Translations under genes and position numbers: made by a program
Assembly: GCA_029953675.1 (NCBI GenBank)
Contig: JAMWBK010000005.1
Coordinates: forward strand, 2,232,001-2,296,000
Direction of reading: 5' to 3'
DNA from: Rhodosorus marinus CCMP1338
Taxonomy: Eukaryota; Plantae; Rhodophyta
DNA length: 64,000 bases
Shown: in pieces, positions 1 through 10,869 of the stretch
How the letters are laid out: each line of letters begins with the position of its first letter
Position numbering within the stretch: the first letter of the stretch is position 1
The notes under the pieces: model-generated
The model's database searches: none
Seen by the model: only the letters and a program-made list of their open reading frames with translations
Told to the model about the DNA's origin: nothing

Positions 1-2
1 CA

Positions 3-158
3 AAGCCCACCATCGCGAGTCGTCACGAGCAGCAACTGTACAGGCGATTTGTGGACTTTCCTCGCATCCATGCGAAAGGGCTTTACTACAAGCTCTTTCC
101 GGGGGAACGCCATCACCAGCCTCTCAAGGCACGCCAATGGTTGCGAGTTTTATTATGA
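3..158 (+). CDS. Possible 3' end of a gene entering from the left edge (KPTIASRHEQQLYRRFVDFPRIHAKGLYYKLFPGERHHQPLKARQWLRVLL*)
   Basis: Frame 3 is open from the window edge to TGA at 156-158 and converges on the RagA stop. Composition is protein-like but no family was recognised. Confidence 0.25.
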   Translation, partial: KPTIASRHEQQLYRRFVDFPRIHAKGLYYKLFPGERHHQPLKARQWLRVLL

Positions 159-234
159 ACATAGGGTTACATCGCGCGCTCGCCGCGGAGCACGTACTGT
201 GCACACAAAACCTTGCTTTCGGTTATCGAATCGG

Positions 235-1725
235 TCACCTGAGCACACTCGCCTTGGGTGCGCTGCTTGGTATATTTTTCGGCTCAATGAGCATGTCACT
301 ACCAGCAATCGGCGCGTCGTCGAGGAGGGGCTTAAAACCTTCATTTGCCAGCTGAATATTGTGAAGTACAGCGGCTGGGCGAATCCTGGTGTCTGAACAC
401 ACAAGCATGATGCTGGTGCATACGGTGAAATCCAAAATCAGCACTGTGGAGTTGGCATTTTGAACCTGCAGGGATTCCAGTCCAGCTCTCTTTTTGTTGC
501 AACTGAGTTTGAACTGCTTGATAATGTTGCTGATCTTTTCGAATCGGTGTATGTCATCATGTGGCCTAAATTGTCGAAGAAGTAGAGCAATGTGAGGTAA
601 ATGATCTGTCGTGCATCGGATACTCCGCGCAGTTGCGGTACAAATTCTCACTCAATAACCGCATGGGCAATGACAAGGAATGTCGCTCTTTCAAATATGA
701 CGACCTCGTCAGCCTCGCACACTTCACATAACGCGCGCAACTTAGCCTTCAAAGTGTCCAGGTTCGAGATAAGGCAACGAACGATTTCCGACCAGGCTTT
801 GTACAAAGTTTCGTCCCATATTGATGTCCAAAAACACGTCAAATCTAAGCGCTCCCCAATCTTTTTCAGTTGTGCCTCACGTACTTTACAAAACTAAACA
901 GGGTGGGTGCCCCGGTCAGCATTTGAGAACTCATGGAATAGACGAATCTATGGATATATCTACTCACCTGTTCTCGCTCATTCTCATTTATCAGGTCCAT
1001 CTTGTGCACGAGGCAGAAGATTTTTGCGCCGCGACTGTTAGTATAAATAGCATCACACACTCGACGAAAATAGTCAGTATCTTTGGTTTCCATGCTCTCC
1101 GCATCGAAAACATAAATTAGGACTGCAACATCCTTGAAAACATTCTCCTGCTCGGCTTCCAGAAAGTTGTCGATGAAATGATCCTGCCTTCGGGATTGGA
1201 CACCCACCAATGTTGAATGAAAAAAACGAGCGCAGCTTCAGGACGAGGAATTGATTCGTGCTAGATGACGCAGCTAATGCCACCAGGTTGCCCAACAGGG
1301 GAGCAAGTTTCAAGCCTGGTATATTGTGCTCACTATGGCTCTACAAGGCGCGGAATCTTCGTCAGTGGCCAACGTATGTTGACTTTCTAACAATATTCGT
1401 CTCATTCGGCAAACTGCCGTCTGAAGGTGTCCTAAGATTTGTTATAAATCATCCCCCGAAGCATTCCAAGATCAAGATCGAGCAGTCTATCCTAGAGAAA
1501 ACGAACCATCTTGCATGGACAGAGAATTCATACTCACCCTCCACAATCCCAGAGGCTTAGTGTGAGGCTTCCAAGGAACCGAATGTTCGAATGCTCGACG
1601 TCGATAGTTGCACCAAGTCGCGAAGTCTCCCTCGGTACGTAATTCGCGAAGATGATCGATCTCATTGAAGTCTTTCCTGCCCCGCTCTTACCCATCAGCA
1701 GCAACTTTTGTTTTACCGCCGCCAT
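235..1725 (-). CDS. RRAGA: Rag GTPase A/B (Gtr1-like); exons 1725-1538, 1187-968, 893-652, 565-235
   Basis: Motifs [89 protein letters not shown] junctions restore the frame. Confidence 0.95.
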
Positions 1726-2199
1726 GATCCACCACCACACTCAAGATCCCCAGGCAAACGACAAAATCAAGAACAAAAAACAAACTGGCGGCAAGATCCT
1801 CCACCCCTTCCAACTCATCCCCAACACAGCTTTCTCAACAGAAAACAACTTCCTCTCTTATCCTCTATTTCACTAGTTGTCCAGCTTCAAAAAAAAATCC
1901 ACAGGCGTTTTTCCACATCAAACGTTCCCTGTCAACCCAAACCGATGTGAAACGCACATCCCTTTCTGAGGATCTACAAGGGAAATACTTACCTCTAAAG
2001 AAATAAGCAGATTTCATCGTCCATTGCTCCATCTACTTTGATGGCAAGCGCCAATCCCGTTTTTCATCAATGAACCTCTTCCCTTGAAATTTCAACCATT
2101 AATTCATCTAAGATAAATGATTTTTAATATATCCCCCATGCAATCATGAACTCTATCTTCTTATTTATCGTTGTTATTATCCAATAATATTACGTTTAT

Positions 2200-2460
2200 T
2201 ATCTCTTTTTGTGTTTAGTGCGTTAATGATCATAAAATATTCTTAGCTCGATTGTATTTTGTCCAACAATTTATCTTAACACCACAAGCAATAACCAATG
2301 AAGAATGCGTATATGAGACTTAACTACCAATCATTAATACGCGCGTGTCTGATCTAACGGCGTCCGACGGCGTTGGTAAAAATATGAGCTTTTCGAAGCA
2401 TGCAGGAAATTTCTTCAATTATTGATTAAAACACCTATATTTAAAGAGTAGTAAAAGAGA
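2200..2460. promoter_or_regulatory. AT-rich core of a divergent promoter between RagA (-) and RPL23A (+)
   Basis: AT-rich block with CCAAT motifs (about 2296, 2328) between two divergent starts; base skew flips across it. Confidence 0.4.
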
Positions 2461-2770
2461 AAAGATTAAAGCGACAGAAATGAGATGATGAGTTCCAAGA
2501 AAATGCATTTTGTAATAAACTGCAGAACCCACGTTTTATATTTTTGATAATGCTTGGATATGTTTTTGGTCGTGCTTTGACGACGGGGACGAATTGGTTG
2601 CGTGCAGAGGAAGAGGATTGTAGGTTTCGGGGAAAAGCGGTGAAAACTGTTTGGGAAGGCACGAGTGGAGCTTTGGGAAGGGAGATTGGTTGTTGGTGAG
2701 GTATAATATTGGGAGTGTTCACCTTTTATTTTTAGATTATTGGCTGACCAAGTAGGTATTTTCGTTTAGG

Positions 2771-3408
2771 ATGGTTGAGAAAGGTAAGTTGGCGATGGTT
2801 TTAAGGGGAAAGCTCCTAAATGGTCGAATTTTTGTACTGGATTGCTGAGCGTCCTGTTTGGTATTTGGCAATTTTTTAAGGTTCGAAAAAGAGCGCTGGA
2901 GCTCAGAAGACAGCTACGGCTGTGAAGGGAGGTGTAAAGAAGTTTGAGAAGAAGGTGAGAACGTCGACGAGGTTCAGGAAGCCGAAGACGTTGAAGCTGA
3001 CCCGGACTCCCAAGTACCCGAGAAAGTCGCTTCCGAAGAAGGTTACTCTTGATCAGTTCCAGGTATGTGCATGAACTCCCTATCAGTATTTGGTGGCGAC
3101 GTAAATTTGCTTGGGCCCGTCTTCGTCGGGGCTTATTGAGTCCATTTGCTACCGTGACGCAGATCATTAAGTTCCCGTTGACAACTGAACCGGCAATGAG
3201 GCAGATGGAAAATCATAACACTATTGTTTTTGTCGTTGACGTAAGAGCAAACAAGCCCAAAATCAAGGACGCTGTGAGCAAGATGTACAACATTACTGTG
3301 CAGAAGGTGAACACACTTGTACGACCGGACGGTCAAAAGAAGGCATACGTACGCTTGACACCGGACATTGAGGCACTCAATGTCGCCTCCAAAATTGGCA
3401 TAATCTAA
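2771..3408 (+). CDS. RPL23A: 60S ribosomal protein L23a (uL23); exons 2771-2783, 2881-3062, 3163-3408
   Basis: [26 protein letters not shown] ... [12 protein letters not shown] ... [13 protein letters not shown] ... [17 protein letters not shown]; canonical splice sites. Confidence 0.97.
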
Positions 3409-4374
3409 ATAAACAGCAGAGATAATAGAAGGACAACCGAAGCAGGCACTCCATGCCGGACTCTACTTTGATGAATTCTGGTGTTAGCGCACGGCCTATG
3501 TGACAAGGACGGAAGCGCACAGAATGCCTCTTGCCCGTTCACGACATGCAGAGGAACTGTGCGGTCGAGCAAGATTCAGTCCATACTCTGTAGCAAGGGG
3601 TCTATTCTATCTTTCAGCGCCCCCAGCTGCTCCAGTAAACTTAGAACCTTTGACCAGCAGCTCGATTGTCCCTGCCTTCGTTGCCTTCTCTCCAGGTGCG
3701 GGGGAATCTAGATTGATGATATGCTGGTCTCCAGCTTACGGAATCATTTCAGGAGCATTCTGGTCCCGTTTTATCAAACAGAGCTTTGTGGGGCAAGGGA
3801 CCAGGACCAGGACAGTAATCATTTCTTACACCTCGATATCGCCTTCTTCACAGATGTGCTCTATAGCTATCGACTTGATCTCCGCGCACTATGTTGGCAC
3901 TCCCAAACTCGTGCACCTTTACCCTGAAGAGTCAATGTTGCTGCTGAATGTGCGTTTGACGCTCAAGACCTCATTATCTTAAGCCCACTGTAGTGAACCT
4001 TGTCGAACCAAGTTCTGGACGAACCAAGGCAAGTTGTCCCCTTCAGAAGAGAGCATCAGATCTGTGGACCAAGCAAGTCTCGCCGAACGTCCTGCGGTCA
4101 GATGTTGCTGAGGAATAGTGTACTTGTCTCGGGCTCGATGCCCGCGCTTGAGGAGCAAATACTTTGAAATCTTCGAAGTCTCCCCTCCAGATACGCATGC
4201 TGTTTCATTTACTGCAAGAGGATTAAAAGAAGAGGGCAAGAAAGTTTGGACGTTGTTATATGTAGATTAGACGTCTGCCCTCTGTGCTTCTCCGCGAACG
4301 TTGATGAGTGGTATTAACAAAACTAGAAACTCCTTTTCCGGCCAACGACTTCCCGGCATTCAAAAGTCATCACG

Positions 4375-4746
4375 CTACGAACGTCGAATGGTGACGCTCG
4401 AAGTTGCCGTCTCGTTGATTGTTATTGCCTCCAAACCGCTTATCGTTTGATTAAGATAGTCGAAGACCCACTCGGCGATGTATTCTGCAGTAGGACTGTC
4501 GGTGCCTAGCGTCTCATTCAGATTGCGATGATCGAAGTATCTCTCAATCATCGGCTTGACCTGGGCAGAGATGTCTCCGAAATCCATGGCCATATTTTTT
4601 TTCGGCCCGTCTGCATGAACTCGATCCAATGACACACCCACCGTCAGTTTGTAAGAGTGTCCATGCGGTCGAGCACATTTCCCATCATGTCCTACCAACA
4701 GGTGCATCGCCTCGAAAGCAAAACTCTTCTCCAATACATATCTCAT
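4375..4746 (-). CDS. queD: 6-carboxytetrahydropterin / 6-pyruvoyltetrahydropterin synthase, bacterial QueD type, 123 aa, intronless
   Basis: FEAMH, GKCARPHGHSY (CX3HGH), MAMDFGDI, FDHRNLNE, PTAEYIAEW and NET motifs match the T-fold QueD/PTPS family. Confidence 0.88.
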   Translation of the reverse strand: MRYVLEKSFAFEAMHLLVGHDGKCARPHGHSYKLTVGVSLDRVHADGPKKNMAMDFGDISAQVKPMIERYFDHRNLNETLGTDSPTAEYIAEWVFDYLNQTISGLEAITINETATSSVTIRRS

Positions 4747-6085
4747 CGGAACCAAACACTTGTTCTGTACCAAGGAAAAATCACCCAGAAAAAAAAGAAA
4801 ACAATCCTCCTGCACTTATGGTTCACAAGCCTTCATGACCTCGCTCAGAGGGTAAGAAACCATTAACTTCTTTTCGCAACTAACCGATGCGATCAGCCTT
4901 GCAACAGAAAAACAAACCACGACCGTCCCAACTTCCCATCCTCGCCGATGGTTCAATTCCACCAATTCAATGCCGTTCGACCCCCCCTCCCAAAGAGCTG
5001 ACCAGCTGGGAACGGGGAAGAAAAGGGAAAGGCTCATTGGCCATCTATAGTTGTTTTGCGATCTCTTTATTTCTTTGGAAGGAACAATTGGCAGAGAACG
5101 AACAAGCACGAAGGATTCGTTATTATTTTCCGTACTCGCGAATATAAACTTCCTGTCTTTCTGCTGTGGACTTTGGCTGGGTGGAAGACAGCGGCTGTTC
5201 TGCGGTATATTTTGGGAGAATCTGTGAGGTATTTGATCTCCGTGCCACGGTTGACCCTGAACTGGGTTCAAAAAACAAACATCCATGCGCTAGATGGGAA
5301 ATTTTCAACGTCGCTGCCCTGTGTGATCTTAGGATCTTCGTTGAAGATGAGAGAACTCTGCCGCTCAGATACCAACAGCGTCCCAATGAGCAAGAACTCG
5401 GTGCATATCATGATGAGTCTGGGTCTTTGCCTGCTCTAGTTGGCGATGTCTACCCGCTCAACAAGATCGAAAGAATCGACATGGTACATTTTGGGATGGA
5501 TCTAGTCCTATCACGTGGCGCGTATGAATCCCCTGTTACAACACACTCCAAAGTGGTTATCAGCACGGTTGTGCCATGTGGGTCGGGTTTTTCGCTTTTT
5601 ACCCCTCTAAACCCCTCCTGTTCTCGCGGGTTTTACCACTTCTGGGTCGTAAACAGCAAAAAACCCCGACCTAGTTGGCACAACCCTACTAACAGTAATG
5701 GAACATAGGTGTATAGATAGCAGCATCTATATCGCAAAGTCCCTATACCCTCTGCAATATAAAAATTTCTCGCAACTCGGAGGTGGAATTTTCCGATTAC
5801 TCCCCACCCTTACCTCCTGCACGGAATCGACTATAGACCAGAAAATGAAAATAAAATAAAAGCCCCCGCTGGTTTGGAATTGTAAAAGAATTGAATAATT
5901 GGCTAATACTCGAATTAAGGATTATTCATTGGATAAACTAAAAAGGATTAAATTGTATAACGTAGTATATTAAATGTTGGACGCGTGTATATTCAACAAC
6001 CTAAAACCTATAATCTGGGCGCAGCCTCGTCTATTTGCTATAAAGTTTGCATATATATATAATTTTGTAAGTATTAGAATATATT

Positions 6086-7218
6086 ATGGAGAATGTTAGA
6101 AGCAGAGAAAACGGAAAAGGAAAAAAGCTCGCCCTGCTGCAGCTCGAGCATTCATGCTCCCCATCGGATCGTTTTGAGCAACCGGAACAAGAAATCCAAA
6201 AAGGAAAGTCCTGCATGGGAGACAGCAGCTCAGAAGAGGGTGGAGAGAACACGCCACAGATTTCCAGTCAGAAGAGGAATTGCTGCTTGATGGTTCAATA
6301 CCACAAAGCTTGTTAAATCAAATGAAGACGCTGTGAAGTCTTTGTTTCAGACGGATCCTATACGCAAGTGATCCGAAGCTTGCGCGACTTCAAACGCAAA
6401 AGCTAAGGAGTTTTAATTTCCGTCAATGCCCTCTCGTAAAAGAAACGAATTCCAGAAACATGTCCATGCTAAGGGTTCACAAAGCTCGACGTTGGCAAGA
6501 TAGGACTGACAGCACAAGCAACCGCTTCTATTTTCGAAGTCTCCCTCGACCTTCCAATGCTCTTGTGAGAAGAACGATCAGTCCACGTCCATCAAAAAAT
6601 TAATCAATTGCAAGTGGGCAATGCACCCTAAGCCTGAGTCGAGCTCAAGTACTTCTTCTACCCATACTCTGTGGATCCACATAGAGCAGGGGATCCCCTG
6701 CGCTCTGTTTCACCATCCCCAAAGAACTGCTTCCCCATTGTGTCAAGGGACCGCTTTCCAATCGCCTAAGCTCCGCTACTTTTTCTTCGGAAACTGAAAA
6801 AAAAAACCGAGGAGGAAAAAGCATACTGAAGACGAAGATCATGAGCTTCCAACGTCAAAGCAGTGTTCATACACCACACAGGAAACTCAAACGGGGAAAC
6901 GACGAGGTGAGCGGTAGGGGCGTTCGTGGAACAATTCGCGAAGCCAACGGGAACCAACAGAATCCATAAAGACAAAACACTCAATTACCGAGTGTACCAG
7001 AGGATGAGCTAAAGCCGAAACAACAACATATACCTAACACTAACGTACCCTGCGTGGAGAACAAATTTGCTCGGGCGCAACAGTGGATCCTCGAGAAGAA
7101 TCATCCTCATTTCAAAGATTATCCAGAAACTCAGTCCAACTCAGACACACATGACTTCACCAACTTCAGCGGCGAGGTTGAAGACAAGATCTTCTCGTGC
7201 CACAGGCGTGTCGGATGA
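6086..7218 (+). other. Possible spliced orphan gene or decayed ORF
   Basis: 76-aa ORF at 6086. Frame 1 from 6337 to 7218 has only three internal stops; two fall in a plausible GTGAGA..CATAG intron (6565-6684). No homology recognised. Confidence 0.2.
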
Positions 7219-7464
7219 TTATCTTTCGTGGCAAGAGTTATTCTTTGTTGGCAGAACGTTGTCGGCACGAAATGGGACAAACGGGACAGATGGGACATTT
7301 TTTTTGGAATGGAGGGGATGATGAGGGCTTCGAAGCTGCTGAAACTGCGAAGGTTGCTGGAAGAGGACTGATTCTATAGGCAGAGCTGTTTCTCTTTGTT
7401 CGAGTAGTGTGGCTAATATAGCTGTGTATTTTTTTCTCATATTTTTGTTGATAAGAGGATACGC

Positions 7465-8148
7465 ATGCGTGGTTTGATATGGAGAGGATGGGTTTACCGG
7501 AAAGCTTTGATGGAGGTTAAGCCGGCTGGAGTGAAGGAGCTGCACACTGATGTACAGGCCCAGCAGGTTATATTTGATACGTTGAAGATGGTAAGAGCGT
7601 TGGAAAGCTGTGGATTTACAAAGAGTCAAGCGGAGATTTTGTCGGACGCGTTGGTGGGAATATCCACGGACTCGACCCGAGCGAACCGAGACTTCCTCGC
7701 CACGAAGAACGACTTCAACGACCTGAAAAGCGAGCTGCAGATACTGGAAAAGGCAGATTTTGCTGTTCTGAAGAGTGATCTACAAATTCTCGAAAGAAAG
7801 ATGGAGACGAAGATTGCTGCTATATACACCGAAATGGAGAGAAGTATGTCCGCAAAATGACCTTCCCAGTAATCCCCAAGATCCTAACACCCACGCGTCT
7901 TCTTTTCACGCGACTCCGAAACTTGTGTCGCTCTCAGTTGAGAATAGAGTAAGTTCTTCCTGGCGAATTCTTCTGTTGCTTCTCGTCATTCAATGAGAGG
8001 CGCACGGCTCAAGACAACGGAAATCGTCCGTTTGCTTTTACCGCAGGTTATAAAATGGGTGATTGGGGCTGCTGGAACTGTATTTGCCGTGGTTCTTGGT
8101 TTCCTCAGACTTTCAAGCATGCCTCAGTCCACGCTAAGTAACAAGTAG
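7465..8148 (+). CDS. CCDC90/MCUR1/Fmp32-like (DUF1640) mitochondrial coiled-coil protein; exons 7465-7843, 7938-7948, 8047-8148
   Basis: FDTLKMVRALESCGFTKSQAEILS, FLATKNDF, LKSELQILEKADFAVLKSD and C-terminal TM segment VIKWVIGAAGTVFAVVLGFLRL after splicing. Confidence 0.85.
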
Positions 8149-9351
8149 ATACTCTGTACTTGCCCTTCCTCGACGCGCAAAAACGCGAAGAATGTAGGAA
8201 CAAATCTGGGAACAATCTTCTCCAAAAGAACAGGCCGTGGTTGCTCATTGAGCCCATTCGAGGGCGAGAAGGTGCTCGATCTTGAGCTTGGGAATCTGAG
8301 GTTCTCGCAATTCAGGCCCAAGCCTTCGGACTTATGCTTCTCGTGGCAAAATGAGCGTCGGCAACAACCACAATCTGCGTCTTGGCTTGAATTGAAAGAA
8401 TGCTCGCCTGCTTTTGTACAGTCTAGGTATGCAAGTCAAGTCTTGGTAAAAGTAAACGTTCCAGGGGTCGTAAAATATTTCTGCGAATGGCGAAGCCATG
8501 CATTAGTGGCATTCAGCAGTTAAGTAGGCGGGGAAGAGCAGGTGGTGTAACCCTTTAGGACGTCTCAAATGAGGACGTGCGAGCTGTTGAGGAGAGTCCT
8601 CCTTACTGGGTCCACTTCAAGTCAGCCAGGACCTTATCAACATATCCCAAGGCCGTGCTGCTGATACAAAGTTCCCTGGTAGCCAGCCAGGTAGACTTGC
8701 AACTCGCGAGAGATATTGCCGCCAGCAGCTTTTCGCGGGCATAGCTGGAAGCTTTTTAGATATGTCCACGGGTTGAAGAGACGAGTAACGTAGTACGTTG
8801 ATGTCTTTTCGACGTCCAACTGAATGCTTCACATTCTACGCCATGAGATGTCCTCGTCCTCCGCGGATGTATGCGCCCTCCAAGAGCTGACTAACAAAAA
8901 TTCTTGCATGAGGTCAGTTCAGGGAGGAGAGGGAGCTACCCAAACCCAAGTTATGTGGCTTACAGAGGCCTGCGGTGTAAAGTGTATGATCTATGGCACA
9001 TCCGAAATCTTAGGTCTAGATCGATGTCCTCGCTCAGGGGGTATGGATCGCGCTCTTGTGAGAACCTCACGAATGCGAGCAGCGGCTTTCTCAGGAGGAC
9101 AAGACATGTCATTGGATTCTGACGACTTGAGTGGGTCATTCCCTCGCCGGCACGTGAGGTCTTAGTCTGCCCACACGCTCCTAAGACGTCAAGGAGACCT
9201 GAAGCTTCTGGATATGAGGCTAGACCATCTGGGAGCGATAGACTCCGGAAGTTGGTTGTTGGGCCAACGTCGTGAGAAGGGTTTGGTAAGGGAAAGGTCT
9301 GATAAGGCCTTACTTTTTGACACGGATTCAAGATTGTGAGATCGCGTTGTG

Positions 9352-10038
9352 ATGTTGACTGGATTTGTTCTTCTTAGTCCTAGTTTTGGACGGACTTGCG
9401 GCGGAAGGATACGCCGTCGATTGGCATGGACTGCATCGCTGAGGGTGAGATTGGTCTCGGTAGGCAGGAGAACGGCGAAGGAGGCATGGGCTGAGACTCC
9501 TGTTGAAGAGTACCAGAAGCGGCTGGGTCCAAATTTAGATCTCGAGTGCGAGTACGTCAAGGACGATGCAGCCCTGGTGAAGGCAATGAAGTCAGCCACA
9601 GAGACCCACTGGAAGATCGCAATGGACGCGGAAGGGCGTTCATACGACTCACAGGGCTTCTCGGACTTGCTCATGAAACGACTGGAAACATCTGGAGGTA
9701 GGGTGCACATCTTCATCGGCGGGGCCGAGGGCCTTTCAGCTGCAGCAAAATCTTCCGTGAACGAGCTCGTCAGCCTATCCAAGATGACCTTCACCCACAA
9801 GTACGCCCCACACTTTCAACCACAAATATTTCTAAAACTATACTCGACGAGCATTAATTTAGAACGTAGTACTATAGTTTTTAGCTGACAATGTTTATGA
9901 GCTCTTGAAATATTGATAGTGGTCTTAAGTTTGAGCCCGATTCTTCTCATCTTCCGTGATAGGATTGCTAGGCTCGTCCTAGTCGAGCAGATCTATAGAG
10001 CGATAGAGATACACAAAGGCACAAAGTACAACAAGTAG
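9352..10038 (+). CDS. rlmH: 23S rRNA pseudouridine-1915 N3-methyltransferase RlmH (SPOUT), probably organelle-targeted; exons 9352-9800, 9963-10038
   Basis: VRLVSVGR, VEEYQKRL, IAMDAEGRSYDSQGFS, FIGGAEG, SLSKMTFTHK|IARLVLVEQIYRA; N-terminal Arg/Ser-rich extension. Confidence 0.88.
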
Positions 10039-10055
10039 CGTCGGCGTGGAGTATG

Positions 10056-10088
10056 CCCTCGTGGACCCCTCGTGGACCCCTCGTGGAC
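10056..10088. repeat. Three perfect tandem copies of 11-bp CCCTCGTGGAC
   Basis: Read directly: 10056-10066, 10067-10077, 10078-10088. Confidence 0.9.
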
Positions 10089-10869
10089 GACTGGGTGATG
10101 GGAAGTCTGTAGGCCAGTTACTCGTGGTGCGCATGGGAAATCCTGTCCGTCTTGATTAATTTTGATGGTGGTCTCCCTACGAGTTGAATGGATCAGCTGG
10201 GCCGGCAATTCCACAATCTCAAAGCTTCATACTGTTGCTTATATTGTCTCAGGCAAGCTAGTCTTCGGCTTGTGAGAACGGCAGCTGTCCGCTGGAGGAT
10301 CAAACAGCTACGAATGTTCCACAAGGTTTTCGCAGTTGCTGTTGAGAAAGCTGAGAGGTGTGGAGCAGCAGTAGGATCAGCTAGGACGTAGAGTGATCCA
10401 GTCACGACTGCTTTGCAATGTCGATGCGTTGTGCCTGCTAATGTCGAGTTGTGGATTGCTCGTTGTTGGCTGCAGCGGACCTGAGAAATCTAGTCCCATC
10501 AAGGGACGTTGTCTTTGCAGCATGGACCCTGAGCGACTTCAATGAATTCAGAGATTCACACGTGAACTCGAACAAGTCACGGAAACTTGTGCATTGAATA
10601 GGGAAAATGAAGTTGTCAGCACCATGCCGACAAGGTCCATGTCAGTGTCCTCCTTGCGTCATGGGCACAGCAGCAACAAAGACCGGCTCTGCGCTTCGGC
10701 ATTTGAACATTTCCGGCTTCAGATTGAGGAAACCAAGTTTCGCAGAAAATGAATAAATAGGTCGTTGCTTTATTTCGTTTGGGCTCGCACGCCCGAGATG
10801 CCGCCCAAATTGAGGTGACTCGGTTATAACAGGCGATCGTTATCGCTAGTAAAAAGGATCGAGAGAGTC

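Noticed and set aside
1265-1279. ATGACGCAGCTAATG matches part of plant U4 snRNA
   Set aside because: Lacks the 5' U6-pairing stem II, the K-turn partner strand (CGAGGCGCG) and an Sm site.
1985-1994. ATACTTACCT matches the U1 snRNA 5' end
   Set aside because: No U1-70K loop (GAUCACGAAG), no proper stems or Sm site follow. It is better read as a minus-strand AG|GTAAGTAT donor of a RagA 5' UTR intron.
2339-2346. ACGCGT/ACGCGCGT (MCB-like) words in several intergenic regions
   Set aside because: Six-mer frequency is within chance expectation for 64 kb.
8824-9165. ADVCALQE resembles an EEP/APE endonuclease motif of LINE elements
   Set aside because: No downstream GDFN or SDH motifs, no reverse transcriptase, and the upstream frame is full of stops.
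9189-9800. Many long ORFs antisense to real genes (e.g. 9189-9800, 16631-17143, 18206-19033, 26315-26791, 52332-52868)
   Set aside because: In-register antisense shadows of coding exons.
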